From Elusimicrobiota bacterium (GTDB lineage: Bacteria > Elusimicrobiota > Elusimicrobia > Elusimicrobiales > UBA9959): 64,000 bases of DNA. Location: the NCBI GenBank assembly GCA_027340875.1, contig DAIENX010000008.1, forward strand, positions 1-64,000, given 5' to 3'. The translations under genes were made by a program, and so were the position numbers. Positions 31,932 to 41,777 of the stretch are shown here, one piece after another. The notes below the pieces were generated by a model. That model had not been told where the DNA came from, did not search any database, and saw only the letters and a program-made list of their open reading frames with translations. Numbering within the stretch: position 1 is the stretch's first letter; each line of letters starts with the position of its first letter.

Positions 31932-32528
31932 ATGCTTTCAGCGATAGTGCTGGCCGCCGGGGATTCTTCCCGCATGGGGAGCCCCAAGGCCCTGCTGCAG
32001 TGGAAGGGGAAGCCTTTCATCGAGCATGTCTGCGACGCGCTGCGGCGCGCCGGGATCGAGGACAGGATAGTGGTCCTCGGCAGCTCCTCTCACGAGGTGC
32101 TCGCGGGGTGGACTCCGGCGGGGGAGAAGGTGATAGTCAATCCTCATCCTGAGCACGGCCAGCTCTCCTCGCTGCGCGCCGGGCTGGAGGAAGCCTCGGA
32201 GTTCTCCGAGGCCTTCATGGTCTGCCTGGGGGACCAGCCCACGATAGACGTGGAAACCTACAGGCGGATAATAGAGTCCTGGGGCGAGAACCGGGACGCC
32301 ATAGTCATCCCGCGAACGATAAGGACGGCGGACTCGAAGTTGAAGCGCGGCCACCCGGTAATAATACCGTCCGCGTACCGGCACCTGTGCTTCGAGGGTC
32401 CGCTGGAGAAGGGGCTGCACTGGGTGACGCACCACGACTCCGCCAGGGTCTCCGATCTGGACGTGAAGGACCCGGAGATAATCCGCGACTTCGACACTCC
32501 GGAAGATTACGCCTCGCTGCGGCAATAA
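31932..32528 (+). CDS. mocA: MocA-like molybdenum cofactor cytidylyltransferase
   Basis: IVLAAGDSSRMGSPKALL, GQLSSL, LGDQP, RGHPV, DFDTPEDY; XDH genes nearby. Confidence 0.78.
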   Translation: MLSAIVLAAGDSSRMGSPKALLQWKGKPFIEHVCDALRRAGIEDRIVVLGSSSHEVLAGWTPAGEKVIVNPHPEHGQLSSLRAGLEEASEFSEAFMVCLGDQPTIDVETYRRIIESWGENRDAIVIPRTIRTADSKLKRGHPVIIPSAYRHLCFEGPLEKGLHWVTHHDSARVSDLDVKDPEIIRDFDTPEDYASLRQ

Positions 32529-32543
32529 CCCCCTACCGACATC

Positions 32544-33776
32544 ATGTTCCCTCTGCTCGTGCTTTCCGCGGTCTTCCTGCTGATAGCGGTGCGCCAGATC
32601 GGCCGCTTCCGGCTGCCCATGTGGCAGGTCATGTGCGGCGGCGCCGCCGCAGTGCTGCTTTCAGGCGACATCGGGCCCTCCGCCGCGCTGGCCGCCGTCG
32701 ACCCGGACGTGATGCTGTTCCTGTTCGGCATGTTCGCCGCGGGACAGGTAATGGAGCAGAGCGGCTGGCTGGCGCACGCGGAATACGAGGTGTTCAAGCG
32801 CGCCGGCACCGAGTCGGGCCTGCTGCTGACGCTGGTGCTCTTCATGGGCCTGGCCTCTGCCCTGCTGATGAACGATACTCTGGCCATAGCGGGCACGCCG
32901 GTGGTGCTGCTGCTGGCGCGCAAGCACCGTATAGCTCCCAAGCCGCTGCTGCTAGCGCTGGCCTTTTCCATCACGGTGGGGAGCGTTATGAGCCCCATCG
33001 GCAACCCTCAGAACCTTCTGGTCGCCGTGAAGGGCGGCGTGCAGGCCCCGTTCCTTACCTTCCTGCGCTACCTGGCCGTGCCCACGCTGCTGAACCTGCT
33101 ATTCGTATTTTTCCTGGTACGCGGCTTCTACCGCGACGAGTTCGGTCAGGCCGGGCTCAGCCATTCCCAGGAACCTGTCAGGGACGCGGCGCTGGCGCGC
33201 CTGGCCAGGATAACGGCGTGTACGCTGGCCGCGGCGATAGCAGCCAAGGTCCTGTTCGTATCCCTGGACCCGCGGCTGGATTTCAGGCTGACCTGGATAG
33301 CCCTGGCCGCCGCGGCGCCAGGACTTGTCTTCAGCCCGAGGCGCTTCGAGATACTGCGTCGGCTGGACTGGGGCACGCTCGCCTTCTTCGCCGGGATGTT
33401 CGTGCTGACGCGCGCGGTCTGGGACACCGGATTTTTCCAGGGGCTGATAGCCCGCGCCGGTCCAGCGGCGTCGGGGGCCGGCCCGGTGATGATCGTCAGC
33501 GTGCTGCTGAGTCAGCTGATCTCCAACGTGCCGCTGGTGGCGCTTTATCTGCCGGTGCTGACGCACTCCGGGGCGGGGACGCGCGAACTGATGGCCCTTG
33601 CCGCGGCGTCTACTTTCGCCGGGAACCTGTTCGTGCTGGGGGCCGCGAGCAACGTGATCATCATCAGCGGAGCCGAGAGAAAGAGCGGCGAGACAGTGAC
33701 GTTCCTGGAATTCGCCCGGGTCGGGATTCCGCTGACCGCTATAAATGCCATAATATACTGGCTGTTCCTGAGGTGA
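32544..33776 (+). CDS. Ion-transporter superfamily permease (ArsB/NhaD/SLC13-like)
   Basis: About 12 TMs; MNDT, SPIGNPQNL, ISNVP, STFAGNL, GAASNVII. Confidence 0.82.
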   Translation: MFPLLVLSAVFLLIAVRQIGRFRLPMWQVMCGGAAAVLLSGDIGPSAALAAVDPDVMLFLFGMFAAGQVMEQSGWLAHAEYEVFKRAGTESGLLLTLVLFMGLASALLMNDTLAIAGTPVVLLLARKHRIAPKPLLLALAFSITVGSVMSPIGNPQNLLVAVKGGVQAPFLTFLRYLAVPTLLNLLFVFFLVRGFYRDEFGQAGLSHSQEPVRDAALARLARITACTLAAAIAAKVLFVSLDPRLDFRLTWIALAAAAPGLVFSPRRFEILRRLDWGTLAFFAGMFVLTRAVWDTGFFQGLIARAGPAASGAGPVMIVSVLLSQLISNVPLVALYLPVLTHSGAGTRELMALAAASTFAGNLFVLGAASNVIIISGAERKSGETVTFLEFARVGIPLTAINAIIYWLFLR

Positions 33777-33784
33777 GATAGGCA

Positions 33785-35272
33785 ATGGCTGAAGCAGAAC
33801 AGGAAAAGAAGAAAAAGAAGCTGGCCGTAGGCCTGATGACCTTCGCGGCCATTCCTTACTGGCTCGGCACGGTGGGGGAGGCCTTCGCGAAGACGTACAT
33901 GGCAGTCTTCGGAACGGGGGATCCTGGCAAGCTGCACGGTTCCGGCTCGTTCAGCTTCGGCACGATAATCCTGCTCGGCTATATCTGGGCGCGTCCCGCC
34001 ATTCTGTACAAGAGAAATCCGACCCCCGAACTCAGGAAAAAGGTCCTCAGGCGGTTGAACCGCATCCATCTCCACGCCGCCGTGCTGCTGCTGCTCTCGA
34101 CCCTGCCCGCGCTGGCGCTCGCGGCGGTCTTCAGGGGATCGGTAACGGAAGGAATAGTCCCGGCCCTTTCGCTTTCGCTCTTCGCGCAGCTCTGCATCCT
34201 GCCTATCATCATCGACTGGATAAGGGCCAGGAGCAGTCAGACGATGGAGCTGCTTTACGAGGGAGAGGACCTATACTCGCTGCGCCCGGGCTTCTCTATA
34301 CCGCTGGCACTTAAAGTGGCGCTGCTCATTCTCTCCTGCGCCCTCCTTCCGTTCGCTCTCGCCGCCGGCGCCTTGTGGTCCGGCGCGGCTACCAAGGTCT
34401 GGTCCGGCCCGTTCCTGAACCTGATGCTGATGTGCGCCGCCACCCTGCTGATGGGCCTGGGAGTCGTCTTCTACGGCATACAGCGCCCGATGGACGGCCT
34501 TATAGGCCGCATGCGGCGCCTGGCCTCCGGGGATTTCTCAAAGACGCGCATTTACTTTTCCGATGAAATAGCCCGCCTTAAGGCCGGCTTCAACGAGATG
34601 GCCGAGGGGCTGAAGGAGCGCGAGGAGCTGCAGGACACCTTCGGCAAGTACATGTCCATAGAGATAGCGCGCGAGCTGATCAAGAACCGCCGCGTGGACC
34701 TGGGCGGCGAGACCATAGAGGCCGCCGTGATGTTCTGCGACATCCGTAACTTCACCACCCTCTCCGAGAGCATGAGCGCCGCCGGGGTGGTGGAGTTCCT
34801 CAACAACTATTTTCGTTACGTGACGCCGGCCATAACTCTTCACAACGGGGTCATCAACAAGTTCATCGGCGACGCCGTTATGGCGGTATATACTCCCCGC
34901 CTCGGCTCTTCGGACTACGCGGCCGACGCGGTGCGCTCGGCCCTCGCCATGCGCCGGGCGCTGGCCGAGTTCAACGCCTCGGGCAAGGCGCCGGGGGAGA
35001 TACGATTCGGCATCGGGATACATTCCGGCAAGGTCGTGGCCGGAAACATAGGCACATTCTCCCGCCTCGAGTACACTTTCATAGGCGACACGGTCAACAG
35101 CGCCTCCAGGCTGCAGGCCAAGACCAAGGACTATGCCACCGACATCGTGATAAGCGCGGTCGCCATGGAAAAGGCCAAGGGCTCCATCGGGGCCTCGGCC
35201 GCCTTTCAGCCGCTGGGGAAAGTGTCGCTGAAGGGCAAGGCGGAAATGATAGAGCTCTACAAGGTAGCCTGA
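33785..35272 (+). CDS. Membrane-bound HAMP class III adenylate cyclase
   Basis: About 6 TMs, HAMP (DEIARL..GFNEMA), FGKYMS, FCDIRNFTTLSE, NKFIGDAVMA, YTFIGDTVNSASRLQ. Confidence 0.88.
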   Translation: MAEAEQEKKKKKLAVGLMTFAAIPYWLGTVGEAFAKTYMAVFGTGDPGKLHGSGSFSFGTIILLGYIWARPAILYKRNPTPELRKKVLRRLNRIHLHAAVLLLLSTLPALALAAVFRGSVTEGIVPALSLSLFAQLCILPIIIDWIRARSSQTMELLYEGEDLYSLRPGFSIPLALKVALLILSCALLPFALAAGALWSGAATKVWSGPFLNLMLMCAATLLMGLGVVFYGIQRPMDGLIGRMRRLASGDFSKTRIYFSDEIARLKAGFNEMAEGLKEREELQDTFGKYMSIEIARELIKNRRVDLGGETIEAAVMFCDIRNFTTLSESMSAAGVVEFLNNYFRYVTPAITLHNGVINKFIGDAVMAVYTPRLGSSDYAADAVRSALAMRRALAEFNASGKAPGEIRFGIGIHSGKVVAGNIGTFSRLEYTFIGDTVNSASRLQAKTKDYATDIVISAVAMEKAKGSIGASAAFQPLGKVSLKGKAEMIELYKVA

Positions 35273-35721
35273 TGTACAGACATACTCAGAACGGAAAGCT
35301 GATGATATTGTCCGCGATCGGCCTGCTGGCCGGCGGGATAGCGGCGATGGCCGCCACCGGGCAGCGCGCGGTCTTCTACGTCCTGGCCGCCACGGCCGCT
35401 TTCGTCTACTTCGGCTTCCGGGACCTGACCGTAGAGGTGGACCACGAGGCCGTGCGTATCAGGTTCGGAGCAGGGCTCTTCAGGAAGGAGTTCCGGCTCT
35501 CCTCGATAACGGCTGTGACGCAGGTGCGCAACAGCTGGCTCAGCGGCTGGGGCATCCATTATATCGGCGGCGGCTGGCTCTACAACGTGGACGGTCACGA
35601 TGCCGTGGAGCTGCGTTTCGCCTCAGGCGGCCGGGCCAGGATCGGTACCGACGAGCCGGCCACGCTGGAGACCGCCATTAGGGAGCGTCTGGCAGGTTGG
35701 AAGAACCAAAGCGGGGTCTGA
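35272..35721 (+). CDS. Hypothetical membrane protein (2 TMs + PH-like beta domain)
   Basis: YRHTQ start, two hydrophobic helices, GWGIHY..GWLYNV.G..AVEL...IGTDEP; TGATG coupling. Confidence 0.6.
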   Translation: MYRHTQNGKLMILSAIGLLAGGIAAMAATGQRAVFYVLAATAAFVYFGFRDLTVEVDHEAVRIRFGAGLFRKEFRLSSITAVTQVRNSWLSGWGIHYIGGGWLYNVDGHDAVELRFASGGRARIGTDEPATLETAIRERLAGWKNQSGV

Positions 35722-35724
35722 TCC

Positions 35725-36534
35725 ATGAAAGAACAGAAGAACATCATAAAACTCCTCTCCGAGGCTATAGATTCCGGCCGTGCCGCAGCTTTCGTCACTG
35801 TCATCTCCGTGGACGGCTCCACCCCGCGCGAGGCCGGCGCTAAGATGCTGGTCTTCCCGGACGGCGCCATAGAGGGCACCATAGGCGGCGGCTCGGTGGA
35901 GGCGCTGGTGATAAGGCAGGCCGTCGACTGCCTGCGCAAAGGGGAGGGCGGCAGGTTCGTCTTCGACCTGAAGCCCACCGGCAACACCGGCATGATCTGC
36001 ATGGGGCGGATGGAGGTTTTCGTGGACGTCTATAAGAACCCGTTCAGGGTACTGATACTTGGCGGCGGCCACGTCGGGGTGAAGATCGCGGAGGCCTGCC
36101 GTCTGGCAGGCTATCCGTTCATGGTCGCCGACGACAGGAGCGAGTTCGCCAACGGGGAGCGCTTCCCGGGGGCGCTGGCGGTGATAAACGAGCTTCCGAA
36201 TAAAGCGGTGGAGGCCGCGGGAGTCGACGCCGAGACTTACATCGTCATCGTTACCCGCGGCCATGCGCTGGACCGCGAGTGCCTCGAGGCCGCCATGAGC
36301 ACTTCCGCTCCGTACATAGGCATGATAGGCAGCAAGGACAAGGTGGGAGAGGTTTTCAGGCTGCTGGCCAAGAAGAAGCTCTATCCTCTCAAGGACCGCC
36401 GGGTGCATTCCCCGATAGGCCTCAACCTGGGCGGCAAGACCCCCGGTGAGATAGCGGTCTCCGTGCTGGCCGAGATCATGATGGTCCATTATAAGCGCGA
36501 CGCGGCCCATATGAGGGACAAGGCCGTCGCCTGA
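35725..36534 (+). CDS. xdhC: XdhC/CoxI-family molybdo-hydroxylase maturation factor
   Basis: GSTPREAGAKMLV, GTIGGG, GMIC, GGGHVG, VTRGHALD, YIGMIGSK, SPIGL, EIAVSVLAEI. Confidence 0.88.
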   Translation: MKEQKNIIKLLSEAIDSGRAAAFVTVISVDGSTPREAGAKMLVFPDGAIEGTIGGGSVEALVIRQAVDCLRKGEGGRFVFDLKPTGNTGMICMGRMEVFVDVYKNPFRVLILGGGHVGVKIAEACRLAGYPFMVADDRSEFANGERFPGALAVINELPNKAVEAAGVDAETYIVIVTRGHALDRECLEAAMSTSAPYIGMIGSKDKVGEVFRLLAKKKLYPLKDRRVHSPIGLNLGGKTPGEIAVSVLAEIMMVHYKRDAAHMRDKAVA

Positions 36535-36683
36535 CGGTCACGTTTCGAGCTGACGCCCGCCTTATGAACCCTAAATATGATATAGTATGAAAAGCCGCGC
36601 CATGTGCAGTCCGGCGCGCGGCTGGCGGTTCGCAGCCAAATTAAGGTCCGTATAGAGAAAGCGGAGATCCAGGGTAAGGGGAT

Positions 36684-37955
36684 ATGAAAAAAATCACTAA
36701 AGCGCTGTTAGCGGTAATGCTGCTCGGCTTGGCTGCCGGAGCGTACGCGGAGGATAAGTACGATCAGTTGGCGAAAGAGCTGACCGAGGCCGGCACCTCC
36801 ATCCAGGGCAAGAAGATCGCCATCATACCGTTCTCGTACGCTGACGCCCGCGAAAAGGCCAGCAAGGACGGCTCGGTCATAGCCGAGCGCCTGACGATAA
36901 AGATGATCAACATGCACAAGTTCGAGATCATCGAGCGCAGCGTCCTGGACAAGGTCATGAACGAGCTGAAGCTCCAGTCCTCCGGGATGATAGACGCTTC
37001 CAGCGCGCAGCAGCTCGGCAAAGTGCTGGGCGTGGAGGCCATAGTGACCGGCACGCTGGTGGAGACCTCCGGCGGCCAGATAGAGGTCAATGCCCGCATG
37101 ATCAAGACCGAGACGGCCCAGGCGATCGGCGCCTCCCAGGTGACGGTGGAGAAGAACTGGATCGGCGACGTTTCAGCCGCCCCCCAGGCGCAGCCCCAGA
37201 CCTACCAGCAGCCGGCCTACGAGCAGCCTGTGGCCAAGCAGGTCTACCGCCGTCCGCGCGGTCCTAACGAGTACGGCTTCTTCGACGTCTTCTTCGGCGG
37301 CGGCTCCAAGAAGATAGACCTTACCTACGAGAACTCCAGTCGCGGCGTCTACATGACCGAGATCGGCTTCGCCCCGGTAGGCATCTCCAACGGCCCCTAC
37401 TCGCAGATAGAGCTGCCGAAGATGACCGGCACCGGCATAGGGCCCTTCGGTATACGCGTAGGCGGCTTCGGCAACGGCCCCGTGGGCGGGGACTTCGAGT
37501 TCTCGGTGACGCAGAACGTAGTGCAACCGCAGACGGTGTCCGGTACCCGCAACGGTGTCACGACTACGTTCCGGCTGCCCACTACGGACAATTACCTGAC
37601 GATGACCTCGTTCGGCATGAGCGGAGACCTGCTGTTCCGTGTCACGACCCCGAAGGTGGACCCCTACTTCGGCATAGGCCTGGGCATGTCGCTGAACAGG
37701 ATACAGCTTCCTTTCGCCTACGGCTTCACCAACTCTTCCGTATTCTCCCGGCCGGTGGACGACTTCGGCCTGGGCTTCATGCTCCGCGTGCCTTTCGGCG
37801 CGCGCTTCAAGCTGAGCCCGAAGACCCAGATCGTGACCGAGCTGCGCTACGAGCTCAACCGCGTCAGTTTCACGCGCGGCAGCATTTCCGGTGAGAGCGA
37901 CACGATCGTGGCGCAGGGAGTGCGCTTCCTGATCGGCATGGGCTTCGGCTTCTAG
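36684..37955 (+). CDS. Secreted protein: FlgO/CsgG-like N-terminal domain + P/Q linker + outer-membrane beta-barrel
   Basis: Signal peptide; IAIIPF..IIERS.LDKVMNELKL..LGKVLGVEAIVTGTL..NARMI; amphipathic strands, PYFGIGLG, terminal GMGFGF. Confidence 0.7.
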   Translation: MKKITKALLAVMLLGLAAGAYAEDKYDQLAKELTEAGTSIQGKKIAIIPFSYADAREKASKDGSVIAERLTIKMINMHKFEIIERSVLDKVMNELKLQSSGMIDASSAQQLGKVLGVEAIVTGTLVETSGGQIEVNARMIKTETAQAIGASQVTVEKNWIGDVSAAPQAQPQTYQQPAYEQPVAKQVYRRPRGPNEYGFFDVFFGGGSKKIDLTYENSSRGVYMTEIGFAPVGISNGPYSQIELPKMTGTGIGPFGIRVGGFGNGPVGGDFEFSVTQNVVQPQTVSGTRNGVTTTFRLPTTDNYLTMTSFGMSGDLLFRVTTPKVDPYFGIGLGMSLNRIQLPFAYGFTNSSVFSRPVDDFGLGFMLRVPFGARFKLSPKTQIVTELRYELNRVSFTRGSISGESDTIVAQGVRFLIGMGFGF

Positions 37956-38148
37956 TCCTGTAGCTGTTTTCGCCGGGGAGCCGAAAATCCCCGGCGCCCG
38001 GCCTTCCGGGCGGCAGAGTTTCTGCCAGACTGCAAACGGCCGGTCGCGTCCCTGACGGGGCGCCCGGCCGTTCTTATTCCTGCTATAGCCCGGACGCGGC
38101 GGCTGGAGCCAAAACCGCCCGGGACTGACCCGAAGGAAAGTGCTCAAA

Positions 38149-39528
38149 ATGCTGAATTTCATCCTCAACAAGGAAATCGTCCGGACCGAAGAGCGGCCGG
38201 GGATGGTCCTGCTGGAATTCATCCGCGACGTCAAATGCCTTTCCGGCACCAAGGAAGCGTGCCGCGAAGGGGAATGCGGCGCATGCACCGTGCTGATAGG
38301 CCGCCGCCGGCCCGACGGTACTGTTTCATACAAGGCCTGCGCCTCCTGCCTGCTTCCCGTCGGCGACGTCGAAGGCTGCCACGTCGTTACCGTGGAAGGC
38401 CTCACCGGCCCCGCCCTGACGCTGGTGCAGAAGCTCATCGTGGATAACAGCGCCTCGCAGTGCGGCTTCTGCACTCCAGGCATAGTACTTTCGCTCACAG
38501 GGTTCTGCCTCGGCGCTGAAAAGCTCTCTTACGAGGCCGCGCTGGACGCTCTGGACGGCAATATCTGCCGCTGCACGGGCTATGCAGCCATACGCGGCGC
38601 CGTGCGCGCCCTGTGCGAGGCTCTTTCTAACGTGGACGTTCCTCCGCAGAAGCGCCTGAAGTCGCTGATCGCCGCCGGCGTAGTGCCTGGTTATTTCGGG
38701 GAGATGTCCGCCCGCCTGGCGGAACTTAAGGCATCCGCGGCCGCTCCAGGGAAGAACGCCGTGCTGGTGGCTGGCGGTACCGACCTGTTCGTGCAGAGGC
38801 CGGAGCAGCTGTTCGACAGCGAGCTCTGCTTCCTGTCTAAGCGTGCCGACCTGGATTATGTGAAGGAAGACGGGGATGTCCTGCGCGTAGGCGGGGCTGT
38901 CACGATAGAGGATTTCCGCCTGTCCGCCCCGGTGCGGCGGCATTTCCCGGCCCTTGAGAAGGACCTGCTGCTCCACTCCTCCGCCATACTGCGCAACAAG
39001 GCCACGCTGGCCGGGAACGTCGTGAACGCCTCCCCTATCGGCGACGCCGCCATAATACTGCTGGCGCTGGACGCCAGGCTGGTTATCTCGGGGGAAAGCG
39101 GGAAGAGGGAAGCGCCTCTCTCAAAGTTCTTCCTCGGTTATAAGAAGACGGACCTCGTCTGCGGCGAGCTCGTCAGCGAGATAGTCATACCGCTGCTGCC
39201 TCCGGGAGCGCGCTACAGTTTCGAGAAGGTCTCCAACAGGACCACTCTCGACATCGCGGCGGTCAATTCTGCCCTGCGCCTGACCACCGGACCGGACGGC
39301 TCTATATCCGACCTGCGCGTCTCCGCCGGCGGCGTGGCCCCTTTTCCGCTGCTGCTGGAGCTCGGCGCGTTCAAGGGCCGCAGGCCGGACGCCGGGACCG
39401 CCAAAGCCGCGGCCAGAGCGGCCGAGGATGCCGTAAAGCCCATAGACGATATCAGGGGCTCGGCGGAGTACAAGAAGCTGCTGCTGGGCCGCATCGTGGA
39501 AGCGCACTTTTCCGTGGAGGCCGCGTGA
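38149..39528 (+). CDS. xdhA: Xanthine dehydrogenase small subunit (2x[2Fe-2S] + FAD)
   Basis: GTKEACREGECGACTV, QCGFCTPG, GNICRCTGY, AGGTDL, RNKATLAGN, NASPIGD; alternative GTG start 38140. Confidence 0.88.
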   Translation: MLNFILNKEIVRTEERPGMVLLEFIRDVKCLSGTKEACREGECGACTVLIGRRRPDGTVSYKACASCLLPVGDVEGCHVVTVEGLTGPALTLVQKLIVDNSASQCGFCTPGIVLSLTGFCLGAEKLSYEAALDALDGNICRCTGYAAIRGAVRALCEALSNVDVPPQKRLKSLIAAGVVPGYFGEMSARLAELKASAAAPGKNAVLVAGGTDLFVQRPEQLFDSELCFLSKRADLDYVKEDGDVLRVGGAVTIEDFRLSAPVRRHFPALEKDLLLHSSAILRNKATLAGNVVNASPIGDAAIILLALDARLVISGESGKREAPLSKFFLGYKKTDLVCGELVSEIVIPLLPPGARYSFEKVSNRTTLDIAAVNSALRLTTGPDGSISDLRVSAGGVAPFPLLLELGAFKGRRPDAGTAKAAARAAEDAVKPIDDIRGSAEYKKLLLGRIVEAHFSVEAA

Positions 39529-41777
39529 AGAACGACGATATGCTGATGCACGTCCGCGGCGCCTCGCTGTTCGTGGACGATATTCCGGCCCCCGGCTGTC
39601 TTCACGCCGTTCTGTTCACCTCTCCGGTCGCGCGCGGCAGGATCCGCTCCATAGATATTTCCAAGGCCGTCGCGGCGCCAGGGGTAGCGGCGGTATATAC
39701 GCACAGGGACGTGCCCGGCCTGAACCAAGTCGGCCATATCCTGAAAGACCAGCCGCTGCTGGCCGTGGACAGCGTCGAATATATCGGCCAGCCCGTCGCT
39801 TTGGTGGTGGCCGAGACCCAGCGGGCCGCGCGGAAGGCCGTGAAGCTCATAGAGGCCGACATAGAACCGCTCGAGGCGGTGTTCAGCCCGCGCGAGGCGG
39901 CCGCCAAAGGCCTGATACACGGGCGCAGGCGCGAGCGCGTGACCGGGGACCCGGCGGCCGTCTTCGCGAAGTGCAAATACGTCGCCCAGGGCCGGCTTTC
40001 GAGCGGACCGCAGGAACATTTCTATTTCGAGACCCAGCGCGCGCTGGCCGTGCCGGGCGAGCACGATACCATCAAGGTCTATGCCAGCGCGCAGTCTCCC
40101 GGCGCCTTCCACCATCATCTGGCCGAGGTGCTGGGTATCCCGATGCACAAGGTGGAGCTGGACATACGGCGGCTTGGCGGCGGCTTCGGCGGCAAGGAGT
40201 CCACCGCCGTCTGGATAACGGCGCCGGCCCTGGCGGCTTTCCTGCTCAAGCGGCCGGTGAAGCTGGCCCTTTCCCGCGCCGAGGACATGGCCACCACCGG
40301 CAAGCGGCACGCCTACGAGTACGATTATAAGCTGGGCCTGGACGCGGAGGGGAAAATCCTCTCCTACGAGGTGGATCTCTTCCAGCATGCCGGCGCCTGC
40401 GCCGACATTTCTCCGGCGGTGCTGGGGCGTTCTTTCCTCCACGTTTCCGGCTCTTATAATATCCCGGATCTTAGGGTTTCGGGAACCAGCTGCCGCACCA
40501 ATATCCCGCCCAACAACGCTTTCCGCGGCTTCGGCGTGCCTCAGGCCGTGTTCGCTATCGAGGCGGCGCTGACCCACGCGGCGGGGCTGATGGGCGTGCC
40601 CGCCGAGGAGCTGAAGCGCCGCAACCTGCTCAAGGACGGGGACTCCCTGGCCTACGGGGTGAAGCTCGAGGGAGTGAACGCCGGGCGCTGCTGGGAGGCC
40701 CTTGATAAGCAGACCGGCATCTCGGCGCGCCGCGCCGCGGTGGCGGAGTACAACCGGACGCATTCCGGCAAAAAGAAAGGCCTCGCGGTAGTGCCGGTCT
40801 GTTTCGGCATCTCCTTCGCGCAGACCGCCCTCAACCAGGCGGGCTCGCTCGTCAACATCTACGTCGACGGCAGCGTTTCGGTCAGTACCGGCGCGGTGGA
40901 GATGGGCCAGGGCGTGAACGCCAAGATCCGCATAGTCGCCGCCAGGACCCTCGGCGTGCCGGTGGAAAGGGTGCGGGTCGATACCACCAATACGTCCCGC
41001 GTCCCGAACGCTTCGCCTACCTCGGCCAGCTCCGGCGCCGACCTCAACGGCATGGCTACCAAGTACGCCTGCGAGCGCCTGCGCGAGCGCCTGCTCGAGT
41101 TCGCCGCCAGGCATCTCAGCTGCGACGACCCTGCCAAGGTCTCGATCCGCGACGGCGAGGTCTTCGTCGGAGAGAAGGACCCGGTCATGACCTGGGACAG
41201 GCTTGTCGCGGCCGCGCAGTGGGCGCGCGTGGACCTGTCCGAGCACGCTTTCTACGCCACTCCTAACCTGCATTACGACCCCGAGACGGAGCTGGGCCGG
41301 CCTTTCGCCTACTATTCATACGGGGCCTCGCTGACGGAGGTGCTGCTGGACTGCGCGCGCGGCACTTATTCTGTGGAGTCCGTGGACGTGGTCCAGGACG
41401 TGGGCGAATCCCTCTCCCCGGAGATAGACCTGGGCCAAGTCCAGGGTGCCGTAGTGCAGGGCATCGGCTGGTGCACGCTGGAGCAGATAAGGTACGCCTC
41501 CGACGGCAGGGTGCTGACCGGGGCGAACTCCTATAAAGTGCCGGACATCAAGTTCGTGCCGGATAATTTCAACGTAACCCTGCTCAGGGATTCCTCCAAT
41601 CCTTTCGCGGTCTGCAATTCCAAGGCCGTGGGCGAGCCGCCGCTGATACACGGCCTGGGCGCCTACCTGGCCCTCGCCGACGCACTAAACGCCGCCGGGG
41701 CCGCCGGGCCGCTGCCGCCGCTCCCGCTGACCCCGGAGAAAACCTTCATGTATCTGAACGGGAAGGGCGGGAAATGA
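39525..41777 (+). CDS. xdhB: Xanthine dehydrogenase molybdopterin-binding subunit
   Basis: QEHFYFE, RRLGGGFGGKE, AFRGFG.PQ, FGISF, EMGQG, NASPTSAS, SKAVGEPP. Confidence 0.88.
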   Translation: MKNDDMLMHVRGASLFVDDIPAPGCLHAVLFTSPVARGRIRSIDISKAVAAPGVAAVYTHRDVPGLNQVGHILKDQPLLAVDSVEYIGQPVALVVAETQRAARKAVKLIEADIEPLEAVFSPREAAAKGLIHGRRRERVTGDPAAVFAKCKYVAQGRLSSGPQEHFYFETQRALAVPGEHDTIKVYASAQSPGAFHHHLAEVLGIPMHKVELDIRRLGGGFGGKESTAVWITAPALAAFLLKRPVKLALSRAEDMATTGKRHAYEYDYKLGLDAEGKILSYEVDLFQHAGACADISPAVLGRSFLHVSGSYNIPDLRVSGTSCRTNIPPNNAFRGFGVPQAVFAIEAALTHAAGLMGVPAEELKRRNLLKDGDSLAYGVKLEGVNAGRCWEALDKQTGISARRAAVAEYNRTHSGKKKGLAVVPVCFGISFAQTALNQAGSLVNIYVDGSVSVSTGAVEMGQGVNAKIRIVAARTLGVPVERVRVDTTNTSRVPNASPTSASSGADLNGMATKYACERLRERLLEFAARHLSCDDPAKVSIRDGEVFVGEKDPVMTWDRLVAAAQWARVDLSEHAFYATPNLHYDPETELGRPFAYYSYGASLTEVLLDCARGTYSVESVDVVQDVGESLSPEIDLGQVQGAVVQGIGWCTLEQIRYASDGRVLTGANSYKVPDIKFVPDNFNVTLLRDSSNPFAVCNSKAVGEPPLIHGLGAYLALADALNAAGAAGPLPPLPLTPEKTFMYLNGKGGK

